Below, piece by piece: positions 10,453 to 19,841 of a stretch of DNA of 64,000 bases (positions within the stretch are counted from its first letter, which is position 1; each line of letters opens with the position of its first letter). This stretch comes from an uncultured Acidimicrobiia bacterium (GTDB lineage: Bacteria > Actinomycetota > Acidimicrobiia > IMCC26256 > JAENVU01). The stretch is taken from NCBI GenBank assembly GCA_963752335.1, contig CAVVXW010000003.1:14700-78699 (forward strand), read 5' to 3'. Made by a program: the position numbers and the translations under genes. Below the pieces are notes generated by a model, which was not told where the DNA came from, did no database searches, and was given only the letters and a program-made list of their open reading frames with translations.

Positions 10453-11483
10453 AGCAGCAACCAGCCGACGAACACCGCGGAGAGCACGCACGCGGCAAAG
10501 GTGAGCGGCGCGAACCGGGCCGCGAAGCCCTTGCCGAACGTGCCCGCCTGCATCACGACGAGCTTCAGATCCACCATCGGGCCAACGACCATGAAGGTGA
10601 GCCGCGCGGTGGGCGAGAACTGTCCGAGGGCGGCCGCGACGAACGCGTCGGCCTCCGAGCAGATCGCGAGACAGACGGCGAGCACACCCATCGCGAGCAC
10701 ACCGGCGACGCCGGAGCCACCGACGCGCGCCAGGAGGTCCGACGGCAGGAACGTCTGGAGGGTGGCGACGATCGCGGCGCCGAGCACGAGGTACCCGCCG
10801 GCCTGGAGCATGTCCTCGACCGCGACGGACGCGTACGCGCCCCACCGCGACCGGTCGACGCGATGGGCCTCGACCTTGCGCATCCAGCGCTCGGCGTGCG
10901 CGGCGGACCACGTCCAGCCGACGATCACCGAAGCCAGCAGCGAGGCGAGCAACCGCGCCCACACCATCTCGGGCTGGTTGGGGAACGCGACCGACGTCGC
11001 CACGAGCACGACGGGATTCACTGCGGGCGCGGCGAGGAGGAAGGTGAGCGCGGCCGCGGTCGGAACGCCGCGCGAGATCATCCGCCGGGCCACGGGCACC
11101 GAGCTGCATTCGCACCCGGGCAGCGCCATCCCGGCGATCGCCGCGGTGGGCACGGCCAACACCGGCCGGTGCGGCAACGCCCGGGTGATCCACTCGGTGG
11201 GAACGAGCACCGCGATCCCGGCGGAGAGCAGCACGCCCAGGACGAGGAACGGCAAGGCCTGGAGGACGATGGCGAGGAAGACCGTCGACCAGTACTGGAG
11301 CGAGGGAACCGCGAAGAGCACCTCGCGGAAGTTGCTGCGGTAGACGACGACGATCGCCAGGTACAGCCAGACGGCGATCGCGACCTTCGAGAGTGGCGTG
11401 CGCCTCCGGGTTCCCGGCTGTGGGGCGGGGGCGACCGGTCCGACCGGTTCCGAGAGGGCTTCGTCCGTGGAAACCGTCGCCAT
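10449..11483 (-). CDS. Permease (COG0701/DUF318-type)
   Basis: Polytopic membrane protein. Start taken at ATG 11483 (MATVSTDEALSEP..) inside ORF 10449..11612. Internal CECSSVP motif. Coupled to the TIGR03943 gene. Confidence 0.75.
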   Translation of the reverse strand: MATVSTDEALSEPVGPVAPAPQPGTRRRTPLSKVAIAVWLYLAIVVVYRSNFREVLFAVPSLQYWSTVFLAIVLQALPFLVLGVLLSAGIAVLVPTEWITRALPHRPVLAVPTAAIAGMALPGCECSSVPVARRMISRGVPTAAALTFLLAAPAVNPVVLVATSVAFPNQPEMVWARLLASLLASVIVGWTWSAAHAERWMRKVEAHRVDRSRWGAYASVAVEDMLQAGGYLVLGAAIVATLQTFLPSDLLARVGGSGVAGVLAMGVLAVCLAICSEADAFVAAALGQFSPTARLTFMVVGPMVDLKLVVMQAGTFGKGFAARFAPLTFAACVLSAVFVGWLLL

Positions 11484-11620
11484 CGCCCTGGGATCCCCCC
11501 TCGCCGACCGAGAAGGGTACCGCCCCCCTCGGGGGGTCCGGACCGCGGGACTCGGGCGACACCCCACCGAATCCGGGCCATTCGTCAAGCATCCCGACGG
11601 GCGAGCCGACACACTGGACC

Positions 11621-12586
11621 ATGATGCGTACCGACGCGCGCCCTGCTGCGGCCCTCACCGACGTCCATCGCCTCGCCTCCGACCTCCGGGAAGGACTGAC
11701 GCGCGTGCTTCGCGGCAAGCCCGAACCCGTGCGCCTCGCGGTCGTCACGCTCCTCTCGGGCGGCCATCTGCTCGTGGACGACGTCCCCGGCGTGGGGAAG
11801 ACGCTGCTCGCCAAGGCCATGGCCCGGACGGCCGGCGGCTCGTTCCGCCGCGTCCAGGCGACGCCCGATCTCCTGCCCTCCGAGCTCACCGGCGTCTCGG
11901 TGTTCCACCTCGCCGGCAACGAGTGGGAGTTTCGTCCCGGTCCGCTGTTCGCGAACGTCGTGCTGGTCGACGAGCTCAACCGCGCCACGCCGCGTACGCA
12001 GTCGGCCCTGCTCGAGGCGATGGAGGAGCGGCAGGTGACCGTCGACGGCGTGTCGCGTCCGCTCCCCCAACCCTTCTTCCTGGTCGCGACGCAGAACCCG
12101 TTCGAGACCGCCGGCACGTTCCCGCTCGTGGAGGGCCAGCTCGACCGGTTCACCCTCGTCACCGAGATCGGGCCCCCGGATGCGGACACCGAGCGTGAGC
12201 TGCTCCTCGGCTCCGGGGGGGAGCCCGCGCTCGAGATCCTGCAGCCCGTGACCGATCCCCCCACCCTCGCCCGGGCGATGGCCGCGGTCCGGACCGTGCA
12301 CTGCGCCCCCGAGGTCGCGGACTACACGGTCGCACTGACGAACGCGACCCGCGTCCACGGTGACGTCGCCATCGGCGCCAGCCCTCGCGCGTCCCTCGCA
12401 CTGCTGCACGCGGCCCAGGCCCACGCGACGCTCGAGGGACGTGAGTACGTCGTTCCCGACGACATCGCCCGCCTCGCGGTCCCGGTCCTCGCCCACCGGC
12501 TCGTGCTGCGCGACCCCGGCCGCCTCGCTGACGGCCGCGCGCTGGTCCAGCAGGTGCTCGCCGCGCTGCCGATCCCGCGTCCGTGA
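11621..12586 (+). CDS. moxR: MoxR-family AAA+ ATPase
   Basis: In-frame ATG 11621 of ORF 11393..12586. Walker A DDVPGVGKT, Walker B VVLVDELNRA, QATPDLLPSE and FLVATQNP blocks. Confidence 0.9.
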   Translation: MMRTDARPAAALTDVHRLASDLREGLTRVLRGKPEPVRLAVVTLLSGGHLLVDDVPGVGKTLLAKAMARTAGGSFRRVQATPDLLPSELTGVSVFHLAGNEWEFRPGPLFANVVLVDELNRATPRTQSALLEAMEERQVTVDGVSRPLPQPFFLVATQNPFETAGTFPLVEGQLDRFTLVTEIGPPDADTERELLLGSGGEPALEILQPVTDPPTLARAMAAVRTVHCAPEVADYTVALTNATRVHGDVAIGASPRASLALLHAAQAHATLEGREYVVPDDIARLAVPVLAHRLVLRDPGRLADGRALVQQVLAALPIPRP

Positions 12587-13540
12587 GACGAGGGACCGCC
12601 GCCCGCCCCGGCGAGGGCATCCCCCGACCGATCATCGTCCCCAAGGCGGCGGTGATCCTCGAGCTCATCGGGCTCGCGCTGTTCATCATCGCCCGCACCA
12701 CGGGTGCGGGATGGGACATCGTGCTGCTCTGCGCGTTGATCGCGGTCGTCCTCACCGGGTCGGTGCTGCCGGCGGTCGTGGTCGGTCGCGTGTCGGTCAC
12801 CGCCCGCGCGCCTGCCGACGCGACCGTCGGCCGGCCGCTCCCGATCCAGCTGTCGGTGACCGGCCGCCACGTGAAGTTGCGGATCATCACGTTCGACTCG
12901 GAGTGGGTGCGTATCGACCGGCCGAGCACCGGTGAGGTCGTGGTGGTCCCGGTGCGGCGCGGGATCCTCACCCGTATTCGCGTGGAGGTGGTCGAGCGCG
13001 GCGCCGCTCGGCCTGAGCCGGTGGCAGCGCCGGATCCGCGTCGAGCTCCCCCGCGACGTCGAGATCGCGCCCCGACGCGAACCCACCGCGTGCCCGCTGG
13101 TGGTGGGCGACACCCACACGGCATCGGACCTCCAACAGACCGCCACCGGCGGAGCCGATCTGACACGCGGTGTCCGCGAGTACCTGGACGGTGACCCGAT
13201 CCGGTCCGTGCACTGGCCGGCGACCGCGCGGACGGGCGCGGTGATGGTCCGCGAGTACGAGGGCCCGCGGCGCCCGGTCGTCGTCATCATCGCCGACCTC
13301 CGCGGGCCCGACCCCGAGGGCGTGGCGTCGCGCGCGGCGGGAATGGCCGACGACGCGCTCCGCCAGGGCGCGCGGGTCGACCTGGCCACCGCGGAGGTGG
13401 ACGGTCCGCACCTCGGCCCGGTGCCCACGCCCCTCCACGTCGGCCGGCGCCTCGCGCGCGCCGCGATCGGGGCTCCCGCGATCGGCCCGATCCCGGCGGG
13501 GGCGACGGTCCACCACCTCGGGGGCGGTGGTCACCGATGA
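12583..13540 (+). pseudogene. DUF58 family protein (MoxR partner), frame-disrupted
   Basis: N-terminal TM part lies in ORF 12583..13194. The DUF58 core (PLGLSRW.., GVREYLDGDPIRSVHWPATARTGAVMVREYE) lies in ORF 12932..13540. Frame change near 12994-13003. GTGA and ATGA overlaps with both neighbours. Confidence 0.8.
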
Positions 13541-15642
13541 ACCGGCCCCAGGACGTCGTCCCGCTCCGCGTCGCCGTGGCCGTGGCCGTCATGGCCGCGG
13601 CGATCGCGGCGCTGGGCGAAGGTGCCGGCGGCGGGATGCTCTGGGTCGTCGTGCTCCTCGGGTTCCCCGTCGCGTTCATCGTCGGCTACCTGGTCCGGGC
13701 GACCCGCCCGCTCCCGCTCCGAGTGGCGCAGTCGGTCGTCGCCATCGCGATCCTCGTCGGGTTCTTCAGCCGGCTCGGCCACCTCACCGACCTCGCCGCG
13801 CTCCAGGTGCCGCTCTCGCAGGCGTTCCTCTGGCTGCTCCTCCTGCACGCGCTCGACACCCCGAACCGGCGCGGGCTGATGGTGCTCCTGGTCTCGAGCC
13901 TCGTGCTCGTGGCCCTCGCCGGCGTGCTCTCCATCTCGATGGCGATCGCGCCGTGGCTCGTGGTCTGGGCGCTCGCAGCCCTGGTGGCCCTCGTGCTCGC
14001 CTACCGCGCGGAGCTCGAGGACCTCCCGGCCCTCGACGGAGCGCGACCCCCGCGCTTCACGCGCGCCAATCTCCTCGTCCCGGTCGCCGTCCTGGTCACG
14101 GTCCTCGTCGTCGGCTTCGGCGTGTTCATGTTCGTCCCCGTCGCGGGCACGAACCGCGCCCTGACGTTCCCCGCCGAGCTCCCGGACAACACCCCGGTCC
14201 GAACCAACGGGGGCATCGCGAACCCCTCGCTCGGGTCCGAGGACCCGGGCGCGGCGTCCGATCCCGGGCATGCGGGCACGGGCGGCCCGTCGTCGTTCGG
14301 CTACTTCGGCTTCTCCGACCACCTCGACACCTCACAACGAGGCCGGCCCGACGACACCCTCGTCATGCGGGTCCGGGCGTCGGCGCCCGACTTCTGGCGG
14401 GGCCAGACCTTCGACCTGTGGGACGGGCGGGTGTGGCATGTCGGCGACGACCGCCCGAGCACGATCGGCGGCGACCAACCCATCGGCATCCCACGCGTCG
14501 CGGCGGACGGACCCGTCCAGTCGGCGATCAACACCGACGAGCTGGTCCAGACCTACTACCTGACCGAGGTCGGCCCGAACTCGATCTTCGCCGCCGATCG
14601 GCCGGCCAAGGTGTACTTCCCCGACCGGACGATCTTCCAGAACCAGGACGGCACCCTCCGCGCCGGCGTACGGCTCGACGCCGGGGCGATCTACACCGTG
14701 GTGAGCGACCGAACGCTCGTCACCGAGGCGTCGCTGCGGGCGCAGTACCCCGACCCGATGCCCGCCGAGATCGCGCAGCAGTACGCGCAGCCACCGACGA
14801 CGACCGCCCGCGTGCGAGACCTCGCCCACCGGATCACCGCGTCGGCGCCCACCACGTACGACAAGATCCTCGCGATCGAGCACTACCTCGGGACGCACAC
14901 CGAGTACTCGCTCGACATCCCCCGCCTGCCCCGCGGCACGGACGCGGTGGACCACTACCTCTTCGTCGACCACCGCGGCTTCTGCGAGCAGATCGGCACG
15001 ACCCTCGTCGTGATGCTCCGCGAGCTGGGCATCCCCTCCCGCCTGGCGGTGGGCTACACGCCCGGCGAGCGCAACCCCTTCACCGGGCTCTACGAGGTGA
15101 AGGCCAGCGACGCGCACGCGTGGGCCGAGGTGTACTTCCCGGGCATCGGCTGGCAGGGGTTCGATCCGACGGCCAAGGTGCCGCTCGCGGGTGACTCCCT
15201 CATCGACTCGGCCGGCGCCGGAGCGCTCGACTATCTGAGCGCCCGACTCGACATCCCGAGCAGCGTGCTCATCGCGCTGGTCGTCCTCGCCGGACTCGTC
15301 GGGCTCGTCTTCGCGTTCCGCAACGTGTCGCGGCGACCGCGTCGCCTGGCGATCTCCCGGTCGTGGGCCTCACTCCACCTCGCCCGGCTCGAAGCGCTCG
15401 GCCGGGCCCGCGGTCGACCGCGTGCTCCCAGCGAGACGACGCCGGCCTACGTGCGGGCGCTCGGCACCCTCGCCCCGCACCGGGCCGGGGATCTCGAGCA
15501 GGTCGGGCGCGCGCTCGACCAGGCGATGTTCGGGAACCGTCCTCCCGACCCCGGGACCCGACGATCGGTCGACGACCTCGTCGCGGCGATCGGTGCGGAC
15601 TGGGCGCAGGCGCGCAACCCCGAGGACCTCGTCCCGGTCTGA
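13537..15642 (+). CDS. Transglutaminase-domain membrane protein (TgpA-like)
   Basis: 701 aa. N-terminal multi-TM region followed by transglutaminase core HRGFCEQIGTTLVVMLRELGIPSRLAVGY..SDAHAWAEVYFPGIGWQGFDPT and a C-terminal TM helix. Confidence 0.9.
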   Translation: MNRPQDVVPLRVAVAVAVMAAAIAALGEGAGGGMLWVVVLLGFPVAFIVGYLVRATRPLPLRVAQSVVAIAILVGFFSRLGHLTDLAALQVPLSQAFLWLLLLHALDTPNRRGLMVLLVSSLVLVALAGVLSISMAIAPWLVVWALAALVALVLAYRAELEDLPALDGARPPRFTRANLLVPVAVLVTVLVVGFGVFMFVPVAGTNRALTFPAELPDNTPVRTNGGIANPSLGSEDPGAASDPGHAGTGGPSSFGYFGFSDHLDTSQRGRPDDTLVMRVRASAPDFWRGQTFDLWDGRVWHVGDDRPSTIGGDQPIGIPRVAADGPVQSAINTDELVQTYYLTEVGPNSIFAADRPAKVYFPDRTIFQNQDGTLRAGVRLDAGAIYTVVSDRTLVTEASLRAQYPDPMPAEIAQQYAQPPTTTARVRDLAHRITASAPTTYDKILAIEHYLGTHTEYSLDIPRLPRGTDAVDHYLFVDHRGFCEQIGTTLVVMLRELGIPSRLAVGYTPGERNPFTGLYEVKASDAHAWAEVYFPGIGWQGFDPTAKVPLAGDSLIDSAGAGALDYLSARLDIPSSVLIALVVLAGLVGLVFAFRNVSRRPRRLAISRSWASLHLARLEALGRARGRPRAPSETTPAYVRALGTLAPHRAGDLEQVGRALDQAMFGNRPPDPGTRRSVDDLVAAIGADWAQARNPEDLVPV

Positions 15643-15713
15643 TCCCGCCGCCTCCGGGAACCGGGAACCGATTCCGGTCGTCCTACGCTCCGTCGACCCC
15701 GAGGAGCCCGCCC

Positions 15714-17106
15714 GTGTCGTTCGAATCGATCGTCCCGCCACCACGGACCGGCGCCGAGCGTCGCCGGTGGGGCCGCGCTCGGGGCGATCGCCCTGGCGGT
15801 CGTGCTCGTCGCCGCGGGGATCGCGGCCGCGGTCTCCCGCGGGGGGACCGGTGGGCGCCCGAACCCGAAGGCCCTCGCGCTCACCGGACCACTCGCGGCC
15901 GCCGACGGTTCCGCGCTCGAGGCCACGGCTCCGGCCGCGATGCCCCTGGGCGTGACCCCGACCTACGAGTTCCCCGCCGCGCTCGCCGATCTCGGCCCTC
16001 GGGCCCCCGTGTGGCGGCTCGCAGGCTCCGGGATCGACACCGACCGCGTGTCGACCTGGGCCGATGCGCTCGGTGTCGACGGCGCCGTCGAGCAGCTCGC
16101 CGACGGTGGGCAGCGCGGTCTCCGGGTCGTCGGCAAGGACGCGATCCTCGGGGTCCTGGCGGCGCCGACCCCCTGGCTCTCCTACCAGCGCGGGACGGTG
16201 GCGGACGGCGCGACGACAACCGCGAGCGGCGCCGGCGGCTCGGCGACGGTGGGTCCGGACGGCAGCGTGACCGTCACGTCGGCCGAGGGCGAGGTCTGCA
16301 CCTCGGCCACGACCAACGCCGACGGCACCACGTCGGTCGCGCCGTGCGGGCCGACCGTCGAACCGCCGTCGCGATCGGGGGTGCGGCTGCCGACCCTCGC
16401 CGAGACCCGGGCCGTCGGCGAGCGGATCCTGGCCGATCTGGGTGTCCTCGACGGCACGTGGGAGTTCGCGGTGCGCGACGGCGCGGGATTCTCGGTCGCG
16501 ACGTCGTGCTCGGCCGGCATCCGCTGCCGCGCGCCCGCGGCCCGGGAGTACCTGACGAGCCGGGCGCTGGTCGCGACCCGCACGATCGGCGGGCAGCCGG
16601 TGGCGGGCACCGAATGGACCGTGGACGTCGGGGACGAGGGCGTGATCGACTCCGTCCAGGGTCCGCTGGGCACCCTCGAGCCGGTCGGCGACTTCCCGCT
16701 CGAGACGCCGCGAGCGGCCTTCGACCGGGGAACGAACCCCTCGGGTCCCGTCCCGGAGCCGGCGATCGCGTGTGCGCCCGGCTCGTGTCCGAGCGTCACG
16801 ATCACCGTCGAGGGCGTCTCCCTGCGCACCGCCGTCTGGCTCGGCGGCCAGGCCGGCACCCGGTACGTCGTGCCGATCTACCACTTCACCGGGCGCGCCT
16901 CCGATGACACTCCGTGGAGCCGCGACGTGATCGCGCTCACCGACGCGGCGCTCGCGCCGGGACTCCGCGACGACGCCTCGCCGCCGACCATCCCGGCGCC
17001 GATCCCGGGCGCGATCCCCGGGGCGACGAAACCGTGTCGCACACCGAACGAGGTCTGCGCCGGCGGTACGTCCGGACCGCCGACCTCGGGATCGGCGGTC
17101 CCGTAG
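15714..17106 (+). CDS. Membrane-anchored extracytoplasmic hypothetical protein (possible frame change near its 5' end)
   Basis: The ORF track gives 15802..17106. GTG 15714 sits 7 nt after GAGGAG and encodes VSFESIVPPPRTGAERRRW. The TM helix GAALGAIALAVVLVAAGIAAAV follows only after a 1-nt shift in the G-run at about 15766-15771. The extracellular part contains Cys pairs. Confidence 0.5.
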
Positions 17107-17109
17107 CCC

Positions 17110-18108
17110 TCAGCTGACGGGCACGCCCTCGAACACCGCGACCTTCACGCCGCGATGGGCCAGCTCCGCGAGGAATCCGGGCGGCACCGCGACCGCGCCG
17201 AGGCCGTGGACGCCAGGGGCCGCGCGCACGATCCCCCGGAGCACCCCGGCCAGACCGCCGACCGCGAGCGCGAGCACCGTGCCGGCGGCGACCTCGGTGC
17301 GCTCGATCGCGCCGTAGACGACGGCCTCGCGCGCTGCGCCCCGCGTGCCCCACACCTCGACCCGCAGCGCACCCCACTCGTTGATCGGGTCGGGGCGACG
17401 CGGCCAGGACCGGACCGGCTTCTCCGCGCGCGCGAACCGGACCGTTGCCCGGTCGAGACCGGGCACCGCGTCGCGGAGCAGCTCGAGCCCGTTCGCGACC
17501 GGTTCGCACGCCCGCGCGTTCACCGGGTTGGGGAACCACACCAGCTCCTCGCCGCCGCGGCGGCGGAGCTCCTGGATGGAGCCGTCCCTGAGCTCGGCGC
17601 CCTTGTCCGCGAGGGCGACGCGGACGGTGCTCGCGCTGGCCTCACCCGCCGCCCCCCAACGCGCCACGTTCACGTCGTCGACGACATCGAATGCGTCACC
17701 GGCGTGACGGAGCAGGACGTCCGAGAGTCCCGGCGCGAGTCCCGCGCCCACCACGATCGGGATCCCGAGCTCGACGGCGTCCCGGTCGAGCTCGAGGAGC
17801 GACTGGATCGTCCCGGTGTCGTCGGCCGCGGACACGCAGGGCACCCCGGCGTTGAGCGCATCCCGCACGATGGAGACGTCGTCGCCCGCCGGGACCGCGC
17901 ACGCGACGATGTCGACTCCTTCCGGCAGATCCATCCCTGCCTGCCAGCCGACGACACCCGCCGCATCACCCATCAGCTTCGCGACGTCGGCGGCCCGTTC
18001 GGGACGGGCGTCGGCCACGAGAAGTCGGTCGATGCCGTCGGTCTCCACCAGCTGGCGCGCCGCCCGGCCACCGACGGCGCCGGCGCCGACGAGCAGGACC
18101 GTGGTCAC
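17110..18108 (-). CDS. Saccharopine dehydrogenase-like NAD(P)-binding protein
   Basis: Start at GTG 18108 (VTTVLLVGAGAVGGRAARQL Rossmann motif); ATG 18138 is an alternative. This is the C-terminal part of ORF 17110..18633. Confidence 0.7.
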   Translation of the reverse strand: MTTVLLVGAGAVGGRAARQLVETDGIDRLLVADARPERAADVAKLMGDAAGVVGWQAGMDLPEGVDIVACAVPAGDDVSIVRDALNAGVPCVSAADDTGTIQSLLELDRDAVELGIPIVVGAGLAPGLSDVLLRHAGDAFDVVDDVNVARWGAAGEASASTVRVALADKGAELRDGSIQELRRRGGEELVWFPNPVNARACEPVANGLELLRDAVPGLDRATVRFARAEKPVRSWPRRPDPINEWGALRVEVWGTRGAAREAVVYGAIERTEVAAGTVLALAVGGLAGVLRGIVRAAPGVHGLGAVAVPPGFLAELAHRGVKVAVFEGVPVS

Positions 18109-18241
18109 CGGAAATCGGGAGCTTCGAGCTCGCGCCATCCACCCGACGTCGGCGGGACGCCACCCTTCCCCCGGAGCCGCACGAGCACGCCGGCGACCGC
18201 CGCGACGAACACGACGATGAGCCCTCGACGAAACGCCCGCA
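18105..18241 (-). CDS. Possible 45-aa single-TM membrane peptide
   Basis: MRAFRRGLIVVFVAAVAGVLVRLRGKGG.. read from the 3' end of ORF 18105..18719. Its TGA overlaps the GTG of the downstream dehydrogenase (GTGA). Below the track size cutoff if taken alone. Confidence 0.3.
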
Positions 18242-18309
18242 TCGCCGGAGTGTAGAACGCACCCGCGCGTACGGTCCGAGGTTGCGTCCCGGCCGCGCGT
18301 CCCATAACA

Positions 18310-18327
18310 TACAACCAGATGGTTGTA
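18310..18327. promoter_or_regulatory. Candidate ArsR-family operator (inverted repeat TACAACC-N4-GGTTGTA)
   Basis: Perfect 7-4-7 palindrome spanning the ATG (18319) of the ArsR gene, in the divergent intergenic region. Confidence 0.4.
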
Positions 18328-18669
18328 GATCGAGCCCCCCGCGCCACCGAGGTCGACCGGCGCTTCCACGCCCTGGCGGATGCGACGCGTCGGGACATCG
18401 TCGCTCGGGTGCTTCGCGAGGACCAGTCCGTCAGCGCACTCGCCGAGCGGTACCCGATGAGCTTCGCGGCGGTCCAGAAGCACGTCGCGGTGCTCGAGCG
18501 GGCGGGAATGGTCACCAAGCGCCGGCGGGGGCGCGAGCAGCTCGTCCGCGGCGACGTGACCTCGGTGCGCGAGATCGCCTCGTTGGTGGACGGACTCGAG
18601 ACCATCTGGCACGACCGCATCGACCGCATGCACGAGATCCTCGACGAAGACGAAGGAGCCACGACATGA
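18319..18669 (+). CDS. ArsR/SmtB-family transcriptional regulator
   Basis: 116 aa with wHTH block FHALADATRRDIVARVL..SVSALAERYPMSFAAVQKHVAVLERAGMV. Confidence 0.85.
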   Translation: MVVDRAPRATEVDRRFHALADATRRDIVARVLREDQSVSALAERYPMSFAAVQKHVAVLERAGMVTKRRRGREQLVRGDVTSVREIASLVDGLETIWHDRIDRMHEILDEDEGATT

Positions 18670-19154
18670 GCGTCACCAGCATCGAGAAGGACCCCGCCGC
18701 GTTGACGATGACCGTCCACACGTCGTTCGGCGCCACCATCCAGCGTGTGTGGCAGCTATGGGCCGACCCGCGCCAGCTCGAACGCTGGTGGGGTCCGCCG
18801 ACCTATCCCGCGACGGTGACCCAGCACGAGCTCGTGCCCGGCGGTCGCGTCCGCTACTTCATGACCGGACCCGAGGGTGACCGCCACGGCGGGTACTGGC
18901 GGGTTCACGAGGTCGTCGCGCCACACCGCCTCGCGTTCGAGGACGGCTTCGAGGACGACCAGGGTGCTCCGAACCCCGAGATGCCGGTGTCGAAGACCGA
19001 GGTGGTGCTCGGCGACCTGGCCGACGGGGGGACGAGCATGGTCGTGACGACGACGTTCGCCTCGACCGAGGCGATGGAGCGCTTGCTCGCGATGGGCATG
19101 GAGGAGGGCATGCGCGAGGCCATGGGCCAGATCGACGCCCTGCTCGACGCGTAG
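18666..19154 (+). CDS. SRPBCC/AHSA1-domain protein
   Basis: In-frame ATG 18666 with an ATGA overlap to arsR. IQRVWQLWADPRQLERWWGPP..GGRVRYFM.. is typical of Aha1-like SRPBCC proteins, which are commonly paired with ArsR. Confidence 0.8.
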   Translation: MSVTSIEKDPAALTMTVHTSFGATIQRVWQLWADPRQLERWWGPPTYPATVTQHELVPGGRVRYFMTGPEGDRHGGYWRVHEVVAPHRLAFEDGFEDDQGAPNPEMPVSKTEVVLGDLADGGTSMVVTTTFASTEAMERLLAMGMEEGMREAMGQIDALLDA

Positions 19155-19231
19155 CGCCCACGCCGGGTGCGAGCGCCGCGGGGTGCGGCTGAGGCGCTGC
19201 AACGGACTCGTGGTCGGCGCCTCGGGGTGTG

Positions 19232-19308
19232 TGGTGGGGCTAGCAAGAATCGAACTTGCGACCTCATCCTTATCAGGGATGCGCTCTAACCGACTGAGCT
19301 ATAGCCCC
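19232..19308 (-). tRNA. tRNA-Ile (anticodon GAT), CCA encoded
   Basis: Minus-strand GGGGCTATAGCTCAGTCGGTTAGAGCGCATCCCTGATAAGGATGAGGTCGCAAGTTCGATTCTTGCTAGCCCCACCA. Anticodon loop CTGATAA. Confidence 0.95.
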
Positions 19309-19364
19309 GCGAAGCGGTGCAGGCTAGCCGCGGCAGGTTCGGCCGGGCCCACCAGAATCCGGAG

Positions 19365-19838
19365 TCACTCGACCTCGGAGAGCGTGAGCTCGATCCCACC
19401 GACGAGGTCGGAGAACACGTTGAACAGTGCGGTCGCGATGACCGTCACGATGGTGAGCAGGGCGACGATCACGAGCCCGACGAGTGACGCACCGAGGAGC
19501 AGCTGACCGCCGAGGATCCGGTAGTTCTTCGCGCTCAAGATGTCGCCCATGAACTTCTCGAAGTTGTGGATCTGACCCGCGGCGTCGAACAGCAACCACA
19601 CGACGATCCCGGCCATGAGCATCACGGCCAGGCCCACGAGGTAGAAGCACAACGAGACCTTCAGCACCGCCCACAGGTCGATCTTGCGGACCTCGACGCG
19701 CGACTGCCGCGGAACCGGCTTGGTCACCTTGACCTTCTTCGGCTTCTTCACCGTCACGACCGGCTCCGGTCGCGACGGCTCCGCCGCCGAAGCTCCGGAG
19801 GCCTCGGCATCGCCGGTCACCGTCACCGCCGGGTCCAT
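19365..19838 (-). CDS. DUF3566 transmembrane protein (Rv0007-like)
   Basis: 157 aa. VRKIDLWAVLKVSLCFYLVGLAV.. plus a second TM pair. Conserved position directly downstream of gyrA. Confidence 0.8.
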   Translation of the reverse strand: MDPAVTVTGDAEASGASAAEPSRPEPVVTVKKPKKVKVTKPVPRQSRVEVRKIDLWAVLKVSLCFYLVGLAVMLMAGIVVWLLFDAAGQIHNFEKFMGDILSAKNYRILGGQLLLGASLVGLVIVALLTIVTVIATALFNVFSDLVGGIELTLSEVE

Positions 19839-19841
19839 GCG

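Noticed and set aside
10453-12264. N-terminal 600 codons of ORF 9697..12264(-) and the extension of ORF 9242..10498(-).
   Set aside because: They are antisense to moxR or overlap the permease, and show low-complexity translation. The conserved TIGR03943 and SnoaL-like parts begin at internal GTG codons that overlap the upstream stops.
5906-19231. A mobile genomic island integrated at tRNA-Ile.
   Set aside because: No integrase, recombinase or transposase is present. No duplicated tRNA 3' fragment appears at the far end. There is no visible GC or codon-style change. It is kept only as a low-interest synteny note.
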